From Camelus ferus (taxonomy: Eukaryota): a stretch of DNA of 64,000 nucleotides. Where the stretch lies: NCBI RefSeq assembly GCF_009834535.1, contig NC_045696.1, positions 99,760,001-99,824,000 on the forward strand. The letters are read 5' to 3'. The notes under the pieces are model-generated. The model saw only the letters and a list, made by a program, of their open reading frames with translations, was not told the DNA's origin and did not search any database. The position numbers and the translations under genes were made by a program. Shown here piece after piece: positions 13,471-26,892 of this stretch (position 1 is its first letter; every line of letters begins with the position of its first letter).

Positions 13471-14199
13471 ACTAGAAGATGACCATAAGAATGAAAGAAA
13501 ACCAACTGGCAATATTTATGAATGGGTTTGCCAGTAAGCTCCCTGCATAACATGGTAGTAGGTTCTAAAGGTCAAAAATAACTCCCAACTGATCTTTCTT
13601 ATATCAAGTGTCCTTGGGTTAAAGCACCATTCCAAGGAAATGTATACATGTCTGTTAGTTCCAGGCCTTAGGTTTTAATTATATCACTTCCTCAAACTCT
13701 CTCTGTAACCTTGGATGTCACTTTGCTTCACTCTCCTGACATCACTTTACTTTTCTGAATCTTTTCAAAATTAGGCTAATGAAAATTCCAGCTCTAAAAT
13801 TCCAATGTTAATTGATTTACAGACTCATTCATGAATATATTCATAATTTTTACTAGGAGCTACACATACAGAGGCAAAATAAGCAACAACTTGTACTCTC
13901 ATCAAGGTCACAATCCAGTAAAAGGTTACAAATTTAGCTTATCTAAGAGGGTTAATAAAGTGAGTTCTTAACTGGCTTTATGCCTTTAGTATTAGAATGA
14001 TTACATAAAGAGTGGCTTTTGAGCAGCGAGCATAATTTTAAGAAAATAGGACTCAGAGATGTGGGAGAAAAAAAGATACAGGAGGTACAAAAATCATGAT
14101 ACATTCAAATCAACTGGTTTAGCAAGAATTGAACTTCCAAATACCAGAGTCTCAAATGATAATCCATTTTCTATAACTACACTGACCCAGGTGTCTTTA

Positions 14200-15805
14200 T
14201 TTGTTTGCTTTTTGTTGGAGTATAGTCAGTTACAATGTGTCAATTTCCAATGTACAGTGTAATGTCCCAGTCATGAATTTATATACATATATTTGTTTTC
14301 ATATTCTTTTTCATTAAAGGTTACTACAAGATATTGAATATCATTCCCTGTGCTATATAGAAGAAATTTGTTTTTTTATCTATTATTTTATATATAGTGG
14401 TTAAACTTTGCAAAACTCAAACTCCCAAATTTATCCCTTCCCATCCCCTTTCCCCTCGTAACCATAAAATTGTTTACTATGTCTGCAAGTCTGTTTCTAT
14501 TTTGCAGATGAGGTCATTAGTATCCTCTTTTTTCTTTCCTTTTATTTCTTTTTCTGGCTTACTTCACTAGAATGATGATCTCCAGGTCCATCCATGTTGC
14601 TGCAAATGGCATCATTTTATTCTTTTTTTTAATCGCTGAGTAGTAGTCCATTGAATAAATATACCACAACTTCTTTATCCAGTCATCTGTCCATGGACAT
14701 TTAGGTTGCTGTCACGTCTTGGCTACTGTATATAGTGCTGCTATGAACATTGGAGTGCATGTATCTTTTTAAATTAGTGTTCTCTCTGGATAAATGTCCA
14801 AGAGTGAGATTGCTGGATCATATAGTAAGTCTATTTTTAGTTTTTTGAGGAATTTCCATATTGTTTCCCATAATGGCTGCACCAAACTACATTCCCACCA
14901 GCAGTGTAGGAGGGCTCCCTTTTCTCCACACTCTCTCCAGCATTTATTGTTCATGGACTTTTGAATGATGGCCATTCTGACTGGTGTGAGGTGATTTGCA
15001 TTGCTCTGGTAAGTCGTGATATTGAGCATTTTTTCATGTGCTACTGGCCACTTGTATGTCTTCATTGGAGAACTGCTTGTTTAGGTCTTCTGCCCATTTT
15101 TGGACTGGGTTTTTGTTGCTGTTGTTGTTATTAAGTTGTATGATCTGTTTATATATGCTGGAAATTAAACCTTTGTCAGTTGCATAATTTGCAAATATTT
15201 TCTCCCATTCTGTAGGTTGTCATTTTGTTTTATTTATGGTTTCCTTTGCTGTATAAAAGCTTATTAAGTTTGAGTCCCATTTGTTTATTTTTGCTTTTAT
15301 TTCTATTGCCTAGGTAGACTAATCTAGGAGAACTAGAACAAATAATCCTAAAATTTATATGGAATCACAAAACACAAAGCAATAGAGAAGAAAAAGAATG
15401 AAGCTGGAGAAATAACCTTCCTAGACTTCAGACAATACTACAGAGCTACAGTAATCAAAACAGCATGATATTGTCATAAAAACAGACATATGGAGCAATG
15501 GAACAGAATAGAGAGCCCAGAAATTAACCCACAGACCTACAGTCAATTAATCTTCAACAAAAGAGGCAAGAATATACAATGGAGCAAAGACAGCCTCTTC
15601 AGTAAGTGGTGCTGGGAAACTGGATAGCAGCATGGAAATCAGCAGAGTTAAAACACTCCTTCACATATACACAAAAACAAACTCAAAATGGCCTCAAGAC
15701 TTAAATGTAAGAAAAGTCACAATAAAACTCCTAGAAGAAAACATAGGCAAAACTTCCCTGACATAAATCTTAGCAATGTTCTCCTAGGACAATCTACCCA
15801 GGCAG
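14200..15805 (-). mobile_element. Young L1 with 5' inversion (minus part ~14200-15332, inverted plus part ~15333-15805)
   Basis: Minus ORF 14769-15065 is the ORF2p cysteine-rich region ('[20 protein letters not shown]'); orientation flips at ~15332; TSD cag(g/a)tgtcttta at 14188-14199 and 15806-15817. Confidence 0.93.
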
Positions 15806-15869
15806 CAGATGTCTTTAGATTAGTGTCCTTGCTGTATGTACCCTTATTGATACTATTACTATACCCAAC

Positions 15870-15897
15870 ATTATTATTATTATTATTATTATTATTA
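15870..15897. repeat. (ATT)n microsatellite
   Basis: Directly visible. Confidence 0.95.
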
Positions 15898-18800
15898 CTT
15901 TTTAAATGGTTTCCTTCCTCACTAAAGTTCTGAAAGGGAAGCTTGGATCCATATCAAAGATGATTATATACTCCTTATCCCAACAGCCCTTAGGTACCTT
16001 GTCTTGCCAACAGTCTTGATTATTTTATCGTGGCCCACTTTTCACATATAATCTGTTCATGACCTCCTCTGATGCCTTTGCTTTCCACTTTATTTTAGGA
16101 TGCTTTGTACAGGCACTGATAGTGAAGACCCACTAAGACAGGGAAGCAAATCTCACGTGTAAAACCAGCAGCAACGTGCTGGCCATTATCCCCTCTTCCG
16201 CGTTGGTTCTCTATGTAGGCAGTCCTGTGCTGTGCCATCCCACACTGAGGACTACTGCTCCTTCCCCACCGCCTTCAGGGCGAGGGGGATGTGGCTGGAC
16301 ACTTGAGAGCAGTATAGTCTTGCTGAGTCCCTCTCTACCCCACCCTCTGCAAAAAAGCAGCTCACTGCCTGATGCTAATACATTTGTTTTTATCTATCTT
16401 AATTATACTTAAAACGTTACCACGACCTCTTTTTAAACTTCAGACAGAATGCTTTGACTTATCAAAATAAATTTTTTTCATCATCTGTAGTCAGAAGAAC
16501 TTTTATTTTTCTTTTTACTTACTAAGGATTTTTGTTATTTTACTTTCCTAAGTAAAAAAATTTTAATTATTAGATGAGTACATTTTTATTTACTAAGGGT
16601 TTTTATTTATGAGGGATTTTTAAAAATAAGAAAATCTTGATGTAATAAGGACATAATCTTTGTATGTAAGTTCTATTATCTCAATCACAAAATCTCACTA
16701 TTTGCACATTAAAGTGTGGTTTTTAATCAGACCCAAATTTTATCACAAAGATTTTTGTTCTTATAAACATTTTATGCTGTATCAATCAGTGATTTTTATG
16801 AAAGATACATATTTTTCAGATAGCTTATTCTCAAATGAAATTACCCATATAGTTATTGGAATTTGGAGTCCATGGAAGAATAATGTAATATTGCTTTGAA
16901 TTATCCAAAAGGAATTTAGAATATAGTTCTGGATAAGTTCTGAGTCATCAGAATTACTCAGAAAATCAAAAGAAGAATCTGTCTGAGTGAACTGCTCACA
17001 CTGGTCTTGACTTTTCCACGTTAGATAGAAATGTATCACAAAGAGATAGCAAATGTCTGTATTTCTATAATTATCCCATTCATTGTGTATTTATGTAGTT
17101 TGCGTTAGGTAGTCTTTATAAAGACACTAGATCAAAAAGTTTGCCAAAAATTAACACAGGAAGTATTAAACAATATCAGCAGGAACAAATACGTATCCCA
17201 TTGAAAGCTTACGCTCATTTGTGGCAACCAAAGACGAGGACAGTCAGCTCTTTCCCAACAATGCGCTGTCTTAGTTTTAGAAACGCAGTGGAATGAAATG
17301 GAGTTTGATATTCAGGCTGCATTCCTCAGTGTAACGTGGGCAGAGAGCACCCTCTACTTTCTCCTGATTAAATAGCACCCCTAGTCAGGAAGAAAGGAGA
17401 CACTGGTTCTCTGCAGATATTTTGCTCCGAAAATCAGAAGGGATTTGTCTATAAGGTTCATTACCTCTTGGCCTCCATTGGCAATAACCCATATTCAGGA
17501 GGCCACCATTGTGACACCCTCAAAGGAACTCCCTGAAGGAGGCAAAGTCTAGAAGGAGAATACCTGCTCTGAAGTTTCCCACCTTCCCTGAACTGAATCT
17601 GCACAGCCACCCCAGGAGGGGAGAATGCGGCTTTGAAAAATAACACCTTTGTTATTCCAAGTGTTAGAGATGAAGCTGAGTTTTCAGATGGCCTCAAGGT
17701 TTGTGCACCCTTCACCAAACACAGATGGAAACTGGACTCTTTGAACTGCTTTGAAAATCTGTTACTAAGTATTGCTGTGGGTCTGTGAAGCAGCCATTGC
17801 TAACTTCTGACTGTCTGCAATTTTTATGATGACAAGGGATAAAGTAGCTTCATTTTAGAAATAAATGGCTTATATGCTAGGAAGGCAAAACCCATCATCT
17901 AAGCAAGATTTAATCTTAACCATGGTAATGCTAAATGGTGGTCTGTCTTTAATAGACGGGGCTTAAATAATAGCATTATAATAAACAAGTCATAGAATAT
18001 GTAGATAACATTAATTCATTCACCTTGTTATCTGATAATTTTGACTTTTTTTGTTTTGTTTCAATATCATTCTTGGAAGACATTAAAATATATAAACATG
18101 AATATCACCGACTTGCATATCAATGACTGGCACTTCAGTTCTTGAGTACATTAGAATATACTGGCCCTTTGAATCTAGAATCAGAAATATTTGCTATAAA
18201 TAAGTCAATGCCATGCTCTGGGTTATATAGTGGTCCCATTAAAAAAAAAATTTAGATGTAACCCCACAGCTTTTATTTGCCTGTAATAGGAGCAACCATT
18301 CCATATAAACCACTGCAAACTGACAATCTTACTTAAGTCAGATTTAAGTCAGCAGACTTTCCAATGTACCCCCTGAGCCTGTTACATACAGTATACAACT
18401 AGTATATAACTAGTTAGGTTGTTCTTGTTGTTTTCCCTTCAAAGAAAACTGAATCTCTAGGTAGGCACAAAGACATTCCTACAAACTCGCAGAAGGCTGT
18501 GAGGACTTCGGTTGGATTGTTCATAAGGGCAAACCAAGGTTGGGCCAACTTGACTGACAGCACTAAATTCTACATTCTCAATGTAATTTCTTATGATTTT
18601 TACAAACACTAAAAATTGTGCATGTATACACAGTGTGTTTGTGTCTGGGCCAAAAAACAACCATCCCTTTGGTTAATGTTATATTAAGCAAGTTTTAACG
18701 CTAACGTTTCTATGGAAGCGTTAACTTAGCTGTGTTGTTTATATGCAACTTTTATGGTAGGAGTTTAACAATATCAACAGAGGTACATCATGATATATAT

Positions 18801-20049
18801 TTAATAAGAACACGTACTTTAGCCACAGCAGGCTTCTCCTTGGAGCACGGCGAGGAGAGCCGTGTGACCCTCTACCCTATCTCAGCAGGCGCACACCAGC
18901 AGGACCGAGCAGACTCAGTAATCTCTTCCCTGGACCTATTGAACTTTTTTTCTTTTCCAAAAAAAATTGATGTACATATAAAGAGACCAGGAATCTGAGC
19001 TTCCTTGCAACTGCCACCCCCCAGGGTCCGCTGAGTGACTGTAAAATTCTGGCATGTATCATTCTTTATTCCACCCTTCCTGCGCAAGGATTAATCATGG
19101 TGAAAGGAAGAACCTCACATCATGGGAATTTACGATCTCTCCATCTTCCTTGAGTTTAAAGTGCTTGTATAATTCAAAAGTGGCACTAAAATTTAAATGA
19201 TGTTTCAAAAAGGGACTAGTGGGACAATTACCAGTGCCTGATAATAACTACCTAATGTAAGAAAAAGAAAGATATCCTGGAACGAAAAGGGAAGAAAGGG
19301 CCGGAAAGGGAGAGAGCTTTGTCACCTGGTTTTCTTCCATCTATTATTTCACTAACAGAGAAGCCAGGAAGATGTGTAAAACCTCATTCACATTCTTGAG
19401 GAGAAACACAACTAAATGGAAAAAAATTCATGACTGCTTTCCTGATGTCCACACACCATTCTTTAAAACACTTGCAGAAGGAGTGAGGGCAAGAATGATA
19501 GTTGATGGCATCTTCAAGTGACTAGACTTGCATAATACTTGAGACATCTATAAATTCATTCCATGTTTATTATTTTAGAACTGCAAATTATGCCAAGGGC
19601 TAGAAATAACATGATCAAAGCAGAGTCCTTGCCAGGGCCACCACGTGTGATTATGCTGTTCATGAACGACCCAGAGATACCCAAGCTGAGGATGGAAGGA
19701 TGGAAGTGGGGCTGGAACACAACCATGCTCTGCTCACCAAGCCACAGGCTCACAGAGTGCTGCCTGCCCAATGGAGATGGGACAGGGGATACTTTTGTTT
19801 TTTTTAATTCCAATACAAAATGGGGACACCTTTTAAAACTCACATGCTGTTACACTGCAGATGCTCTCTGGCCTCAATGTAGCTCAAAGAATATCAATTG
19901 GTGTGTCAGGCACAAAAACTGTATAGAACACCTACTCTTTCCTGTAAGGGGCCAGCTATCTGCCAGGCACCGTATATGTCACTTTTATCTTATTTGGTCC
20001 TCAGAAGAATAAAGTTCTTATTAGGACCAACATGCTGTGGTCCCCAAGC

Positions 20050-20510
20050 TTGTCTCTCCCCTCATCTCCCTCCCACTCTCCCTTGTGCCTCCTCTGCTCC
20101 TCAAGGTTCCCTCCCAGGGGGCTTCACACTTGCTAGTTCCTCTGCCAGGAAGACTTCCTCCCATAGCTGCCCCGTGGTTTATACCCTCACTCGGTGCAGG
20201 TGCTCAGCTGTCCCTGGGTCAGGAAAGCCTTGCTGGCATCTCTGTCTAAGAGGGAGCCACCTCTCGGCCAACCCCCACGCACTTTGGGCTGGGGGCCCCG
20301 GACGCCACCTAGTTTTTCTTCATTTAACTTACCAGTCCCCATCAAAGTTACATATTTCACCAGGGATCTATTTATCATCTGTCTCCCCAAACTAGAACCT
20401 AAGTTTCAAAAAAGCAGCAGTTTTTATTCATTTTGCCTTTTTGGCATCATCCCCAGCTCTGCCAACTCTGGGTGTCACACGTGACCTAATCTGTCATCAG
20501 TCCATCTGGG
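20050..20510 (+). mobile_element. L2 3' region fragment
   Basis: 'cttcacacttgctagttcctctgccaggaag', 'atctgtctccccaaactagaacctaagtt', 'catccccagctctgccaac' follow the L2 3' motif order. Confidence 0.6.
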
Positions 20511-20749
20511 TAAACTGTCTCAGGGTTGATCCCTTTCGTCTCCACCCCAGATATACCAACAAAACAGCCAACATTTACTGGCAGGAACCCTCCTCCCGTG
20601 ATTTAATCAAATTTACGATATTTGAGTGATACATTCTTTTCTGAAGAAACCTTATCTAAATATATAATGGCAAACATGAAAAAGTTCCTTAGCAAGTAAC
20701 TTCTGGTGATACAGGAGTTTCTCTCCATCGCAAAAGTCAAGGTTCTTAT

Positions 20750-21270
20750 GGCCCTTGCATCAGCTAGGAATTCTCTTCAGCCTCGTGTAACAGCAACTTT
20801 ATGGAATGGGTTTTTTACGTATCAGGAACTATTTTTTTTCCCTCTAGCAAGAAATTTTTGAAGCTGAAGGTCCAGGACAAAGGCACTCCCTCCACACCTT
20901 CAGTACTTCTGTTCCTTCTGTTTTCCTTCTCCGCATTCTCAGGGGTGTGTCTTTTTCCCTCATGGCCGTGAAAGAGTACATTCCCCACCATCCTCTGTCA
21001 CTGAGACCGTGGTCCAGGCAGGGAAGATCAGTGCAGTGAGGGCTAAACTTACATTCCAGTAAATCTGCCCCCTCTTAAGATTTTCCAGCATTCTGCCCAG
21101 CAACTTTCATCCCACAGGGGAATGTTGTGTCACCTGACTGCCCATATTTCAAAGAGAGCCAGAAAAGTGTAGCTTCTTAGAAGAATTCATTTCCCCTCCA
21201 TTTAAATCAGATTTTGCTGGTAAGAAAGATAGAATGAATAATGAGAATAGAAATAATATATAATCCATCA
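20750..21270. mobile_element. Old MaLR LTR (MLT1J/K-like)
   Basis: 'catcagctaggaattctcttcagcctcgtgtaacag...', 'gtgtcacctgactgccc...gccagaaaagtgtagc'. Confidence 0.55.
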
Positions 21271-21439
21271 CTGTCCCTACAAGAGAGTAGTGGATATCAG
21301 GTTATCAACCAACAGGAGAAAAAGGAAAATGTTTTCTCCATAAAAATTCTCCCAATCTTCATTTGGTTGTATAATACAGTTAATGTAATTTTTACACAAG
21401 TTTCATTCATAAAGAATTATTCTAAATCATTAATAAAAA

Positions 21440-21800
21440 ACAAATCTCCTAGTAGAAAAAAAGGATCAAGGGATATGAGTCTTGCCCAAAAAATAGCCAA
21501 GAGAAAACAAAAGATGTTCAACTTCACTTGCAATCAGGAAACGCAAGTTACAACGGGATACTATTTCACATCTCCTGATTGGCAGAAATGAAAAGGCTGG
21601 ATAATATGAAGCATTTGCAAAGATGTAAGAAAATGACAGCTCCTATATTGCTGGTAAGAGTGCAAATCAGTACAATTCTGAGAGCAATTTGGTGCTACCT
21701 AGTAAATCTGAAGATGCTAGAAGAACCAGAAATGCCTTTGTCTGGTAAGCCTCAAAAGATGTGCATACATATACAGATTTTTCCATTGTTTGTGATACCA
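21440..21800 (+). mobile_element. Old L1 (L1ME-like) ORF2 3' fragment
   Basis: 'aaagatgttcaacttcact...atcaggaaacgcaagttacaac', 'attgctggtaagagtgcaaatcagtacaa'. Confidence 0.65.
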
Positions 21801-22174
21801 ATTGATGGTTTGGGTGGGCATGGGTTGACCACACTCATTTTATGGTTTGTTCCTTCCCATAATGAGCATAAAGAGGAAGGATACTGCAATAATACATCTT
21901 TTGACTTGGACTGGTCCTGATATTTGAATACATATGGAACCAATTCTCCACCTATCAAACAATGCTGGTAGAGGAGACATTTACAAATAGCCCCTTTGGG
22001 GTCCACATTTCTATCTTGTAATGGAGTTAAGAATAAATGTTCTCTGGTTTTGTTATGGTTTTGCAAACTGTAACCTCTGTGACACTCCAGCCTACCCCAT
22101 CTCTGCCTCATCGCAGAATATCAACCTGGTGGAGATGAACTAAATATTTGTAAATATTTAGGTAACTAAAAACT

Positions 22175-25100
22175 GAAAATGACATTAGTAACATGACCAA
22201 ATCAGGCATCCTTTGCTCATATCGTCCCTCAACAACAACATTCATCCACAGACAAAAGTGCCTTGGTGGGAGCTGTGGGATCCAGCACCATATGCCAGGA
22301 TCCAGGAGTTGTCTCGCCTACCCCTGCATCAGGTAATGGGCATATAGACTTGGTCCTGGCTCCAACCCCTCTTGGCCACAGTCCAGGAGCCTCTCGGGAG
22401 CACTGTTGTAGACAATCACATAAAAATGAGAGAGATTTTGTGGAAGTCCAGGTTTTAAGTAGCACATTGTTAGAGCAAAAACAAACAAAAAACAAATGAG
22501 TTTGGATACACTGGGGAAGGTTAAAAAAAAAAAAAAAAGTTAGACGTTACCTACCTCACCCCTCCCCCAAAGCAACACAGCTCAGGGTCATAAGAGGCCT
22601 TTTTGGTTCAAAATTTTGCCCAGAGGGGAAGTGAGAGCATGTGAGTGAGTGCCCAGCTTCCTCAGCTATGCAGGAAGATGCCAAAGAGGCCTGTTTCTCT
22701 CTGCCCCATCCAGAGTACTGAGTCATGAGCTGCAGGACTGCAAAGTGGGAAGAAGCTGAGAGAGCAGAAGGTAAGACTCGAGGAAGGCATTAGAAGGAAC
22801 CAGATCCTACCAATTGTACCACAGACTCCATCAAGAAGTCCACCCATAGGTGCTGGGGATGCTTCCCCTGCAGATTCCCCCAGCTGGCTCCTGGGCACCA
22901 CCAGCTCTCCAGGTACCTAATTCACATATGCCCAAACCCTGTGGCTGGCTCACTGAGTGCGCTCCCAATGGTGGTGACACTAAGCTTTGGAAGATGGAGG
23001 ATGAGCACATGGAAAAAGCTGTCCGAAATCTGCAGGACAGGAAGAAAACACAACCTTGAGCTTTTGATCCACCCTTGGAAAAGCAAAAGGGAGACTGTCA
23101 GCACCTGGCTGAGTGCATTGCAGGACTGATAAAAAGGAATGCAAGCTTAAAAATTCTGCTCCAGAGGGAGAAAGAAATATGGATCAGGTGTATCCATGGA
23201 AGGTCTGAGAATGCCACAGATCACGAGGAGGGCTGACAGAAGGTGTTTGCCTCTAGTGTCAGTTAGTAGACTAGAGGAGGTGACTGCTACTTCAAATGCA
23301 AAGACAACAACACAAGACTTCTAGGAGCATGAAAAATCAAGGAAACCACCAAGGATCACAAAAATCTGGCAGTACCTAACCCAGAAGACATGGGTATCTG
23401 CAATGTATAACTGTTTCAAAGAATAACTGTTTTAAAGAAGCACAATGAGCTACAAGAAAACACAGGAGACAATTTAAAGAAGTTGGGAAAACAATATATG
23501 AACGAAATGAGAAGTTTAACAAAGTGATTGAAACAAGAGATAAGGAAGAATCAAATTCTAGAGCTGAAGAATACAATGAATGAAATGAAAACTGCAACTA
23601 AAAGAATTGACAGAAAAATGTATCAAACAAAAGAATCTGTGAATTAGAAGGCAGGACCTTTGTAAGTATTCAGTCAGAGGAGAATAAAAAGAAATAAATT
23701 GTGAAGAAAACCTACACGATCTACGGGATACCAGCAAAAGAAACAATCTGCTAATTATTTGAGTCCCAGAAGCAGAAGAGAGAGAAAAGGGGACAGAAAG
23801 CTTAGTTTTAAAATAATGGCTGAAAACTTCCCAAAGTTGGGAAACTTTGGATACCCAAGTTCATGAAGTTCACAGGTTACTAAATTCAGCTTAAAGAAGC
23901 CTTCTTTAAGACACATTATAATAAAACTGCCAAACATCAAAGACAAAAAAAGAATCTTAAAAGCAGCAAGGAAAAAAAGGTTGTAACTCATCATGGAACT
24001 CCCTACAAGGTTATTAGCATATTTCTTAGCAGAAACCCTACAGGCCAGGAGAGAGTAAATATGATATAGTCAAAGTAATGAAAGGAAAAAAAAAACAACT
24101 GCTAACCAAGAATACTCTTTCTGGCAAAGCTGTCTTTCAGAAATGACAGAAAGAAAAAGAATTCCCTATACAAAGCCAACAGAGTTCATCACCATTAGAA
24201 TTGCCTTACAACAAATCCTGAAAGGAGTTCTTCAGGCTCAAATAAAAGGACACTAATTAATAACATGAAAATATACAACACACTGACAAAGGTAAGTAAT
24301 AGTCAAACTCAGAATATTCTAATACAATAATATGGTGGTATATTAACCACTTACTCTAGCAAAAGGGTTAAAGGACAAAAATATTAAAATTAATTATAGC
24401 TACAATAATTCATTAATGAATGTACAATATGAAAGAGAGAAATTATGACACCAAAAACATAAAATGGGTAGTAAATGGGTAGAGTTTCTATGTGTGATCA
24501 AAGTTATATCAGTGTAAAACAGATGGTTTTTTATATATTATGTTTTATGTAAGCTTCATGGCAACCAGAAAGCAATAGCCTACACTAGTATACAAAAGAC
24601 AAAGAGAAGGAAATCAAAGCATGCCACCATGAAAAGTCATTAATTCTCAAAGGAAAACAGCAAGAGAGGGAGAATGAAACAAGGGAACTACAAAACAGTC
24701 AAAATAACTAATAAGATGGCATTGCTAAGTCCTTACCAATCAGTAATTACTCTAAGTGTAAATGAATTAAATTATCCAATCAAAACGCATAGAGGGGCTG
24801 GATGAGTAAAAAAGACCCAAATAAACCTTAAAAATTTTATGGAGCCCCTGAGGAATCCCCAATAGCCAAAGCAATCCTGAGAATGAAGAATAAAGCTGGA
24901 GGCATCTGCTTTCTGATTTCAAACTATATTAGAAAGCTACAGGAACCAACAGCATGACACTAGCATAAAAATAGATACATAGATCAATGGAACAGTATTA
25001 AGAGCTCAGAAACAAATCTTCAACCACTATTTGACCAGGGTGTCAAGAATACTCAATGGGGAAAGGGGTCCCTTCAATAAACAGTGTAGAGAAAACTGGA

Positions 25101-26437
25101 TAGTTACATGCAAAAGAATGAAACTGGACTCCTATCTTGCACCACTCACAAAAAATTAACTCCAAATGGATTAAAGGCTTAAACATAGACCGAAAACTCC
25201 TAGAAGAAAACATAGGGAAGAGCTCCTTGACATCCTGACAATGATTTTTTGGATGTGACAGTAGAAGCACAAGTAACAAAAGCAAAAATAAATAAACAGG
25301 ACTACATCAAACTAAAAAGCTTTTGCATAGCAAAAGTAACAATCCACAAAATAAAAAAGGAAACTAACAAATGGGAAAAATATTTGCAAATCATATATAT
25401 ATAATAAAAGGTTAAAAACCAAAATACATAAAGAACTCGTAAAACTATTTGCTCATTAGTTAAAAAAAAATCCAATTAAAAAATGGACAGAGGAACTGAA
25501 TAAACACTCTTCCAGAGAAGATAAACAAATTGCCAACAAACACATGAAAAGATACTCAACATCACTAATTATCAAGGAAATGAAAATCAAAACAATAGTG
25601 GGACACTTCACATCTATTAGAATGTATTTTATCAAAAGAAGAGATAACAAGTGAGGATATGAAGAAAAAGGAATCCTTGTGCACTGTTGGTAAGAATGTA
25701 AATTGGTACAGTCACCTTGGCAAATATGGAGGTTCTTAAAATGTACAAAATATAACTACCATATGATCTAGCAATCCACTTCTGGGTATGCATCCAAAGT
25801 AAATAAAATTAGAATATCAAAGGGAAATCTGTACCCCCAAGTTCTGGAAGCATTATTCACAACAGCCAATATAGAAACAATGTAAGTGTTTGTCTACAGA
25901 TGAATAGATAAAGAAGATGGTGTGTGTGTGTGTGTGTGAATATTATGCAGCCATGAGAAAGAAGGAAATCCTGCCACTTTTGACAACATGGATAAACCTC
26001 AAGAACGCTATACTCTAAGTGCAATAAATCAAACAAAGACAAGCAGTGTATGATATCACTTATACATGGACTCTTAAAAAGCTGTACTCATGGAAACAGA
26101 GTAAGATGGTGGTTGCCAGGGGCTGGGAGATCAGACAAATGAGAGATGTTGGTAAAAAGGTCCAAACTTCCAGTTATAAGATAAGTTCTGGGGAGCTAAT
26201 GTACAGTATGGTGACCATAGTTAATATTGCATTATATATTTGAAAGTAACAAAATCCTAAATGTTTTCACCCAAAAAAAAAAGAAATGGTAATTATGTGA
26301 TGCGATGGAGGTGTTAACTGACACCATTGTGGTAATCATTTTCCAATGTATATGTGTATCAAATCATCACAGTGTACACATTAAACTTATACAATGTTAT
26401 ATGTCAAATTCTATCTCAATAGACCCAGAATAGAAAA
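22175..26437 (+). mobile_element. L1 (L1MA-like) with 5' UTR, decayed ORF1, internally deleted ORF2 and 3' UTR
   Basis: GC-richer 5' UTR 22175-23320; ORF1 relics 23330-24260 ('gctgaaaacttccca', 'agaaaccctacaggccaggagagag'); ORF2 start at ~24716-24815 jumps to post-RT sequence at ~24820; 3' UTR ends 'tatctcaata' at ~26420; possible short TSD aaaaactg. Confidence 0.9.
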
Positions 26438-26816
26438 AACTGGGTTCTAATCAAGAAGGCAAACCCTGCCCTAAATATCCTGGCCCTAAAAAAGAAAATC
26501 ATTATCAATAAGCAAATATGCAAAGAATACATAATTATGCAATAAATATGTGCTCTGTGTATTCATGTTTTTGTCAGTAACAAGTCATATTATTTTGAAA
26601 ACTATAAAGAAAACATTTTCTCTGAAAAGTATTTGTATATGTTTTGGTGCAGCAAACACTGTTACTGAAGTCAGTACAGTGAGTCCACTCTTTCAGAAAA
26701 ATTAATACATTTAGGAGTACTATTGGGCCAAATTTCTTGTTTGAATGAACCCTAGAGAGGGTTCATTGGCATTTCTTACTCCTTTTATACTTCAACCATA
26801 ATATAAGGAATGGTTT

Positions 26817-26892
26817 TATATATATATATATGTACACACACACAAACGTATATTCTGTGTGTGTGTGTGTGTGTGCGTGTGTATATATATAC
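26817..26892. repeat. Compound (TA)n(CA)n-spacer-(TG)n(TA)n microsatellite
   Basis: Directly visible. Confidence 0.95.

Noticed and set aside
18395..18727. Small hairpins (aactagt-N5-actagtt; taacgtttc-tatg-gaagcgtta)
   Set aside because: Stems of 7-9 bp only; not miRNA-like, and terminator logic does not apply to mammalian DNA.
19556..20629. Cluster of the longest non-L1 ORFs (149 aa, 165 aa)
   Set aside because: Overlapping frames on both strands, no recognisable domain, partly within a GC-richer L2 relic; expected by chance.
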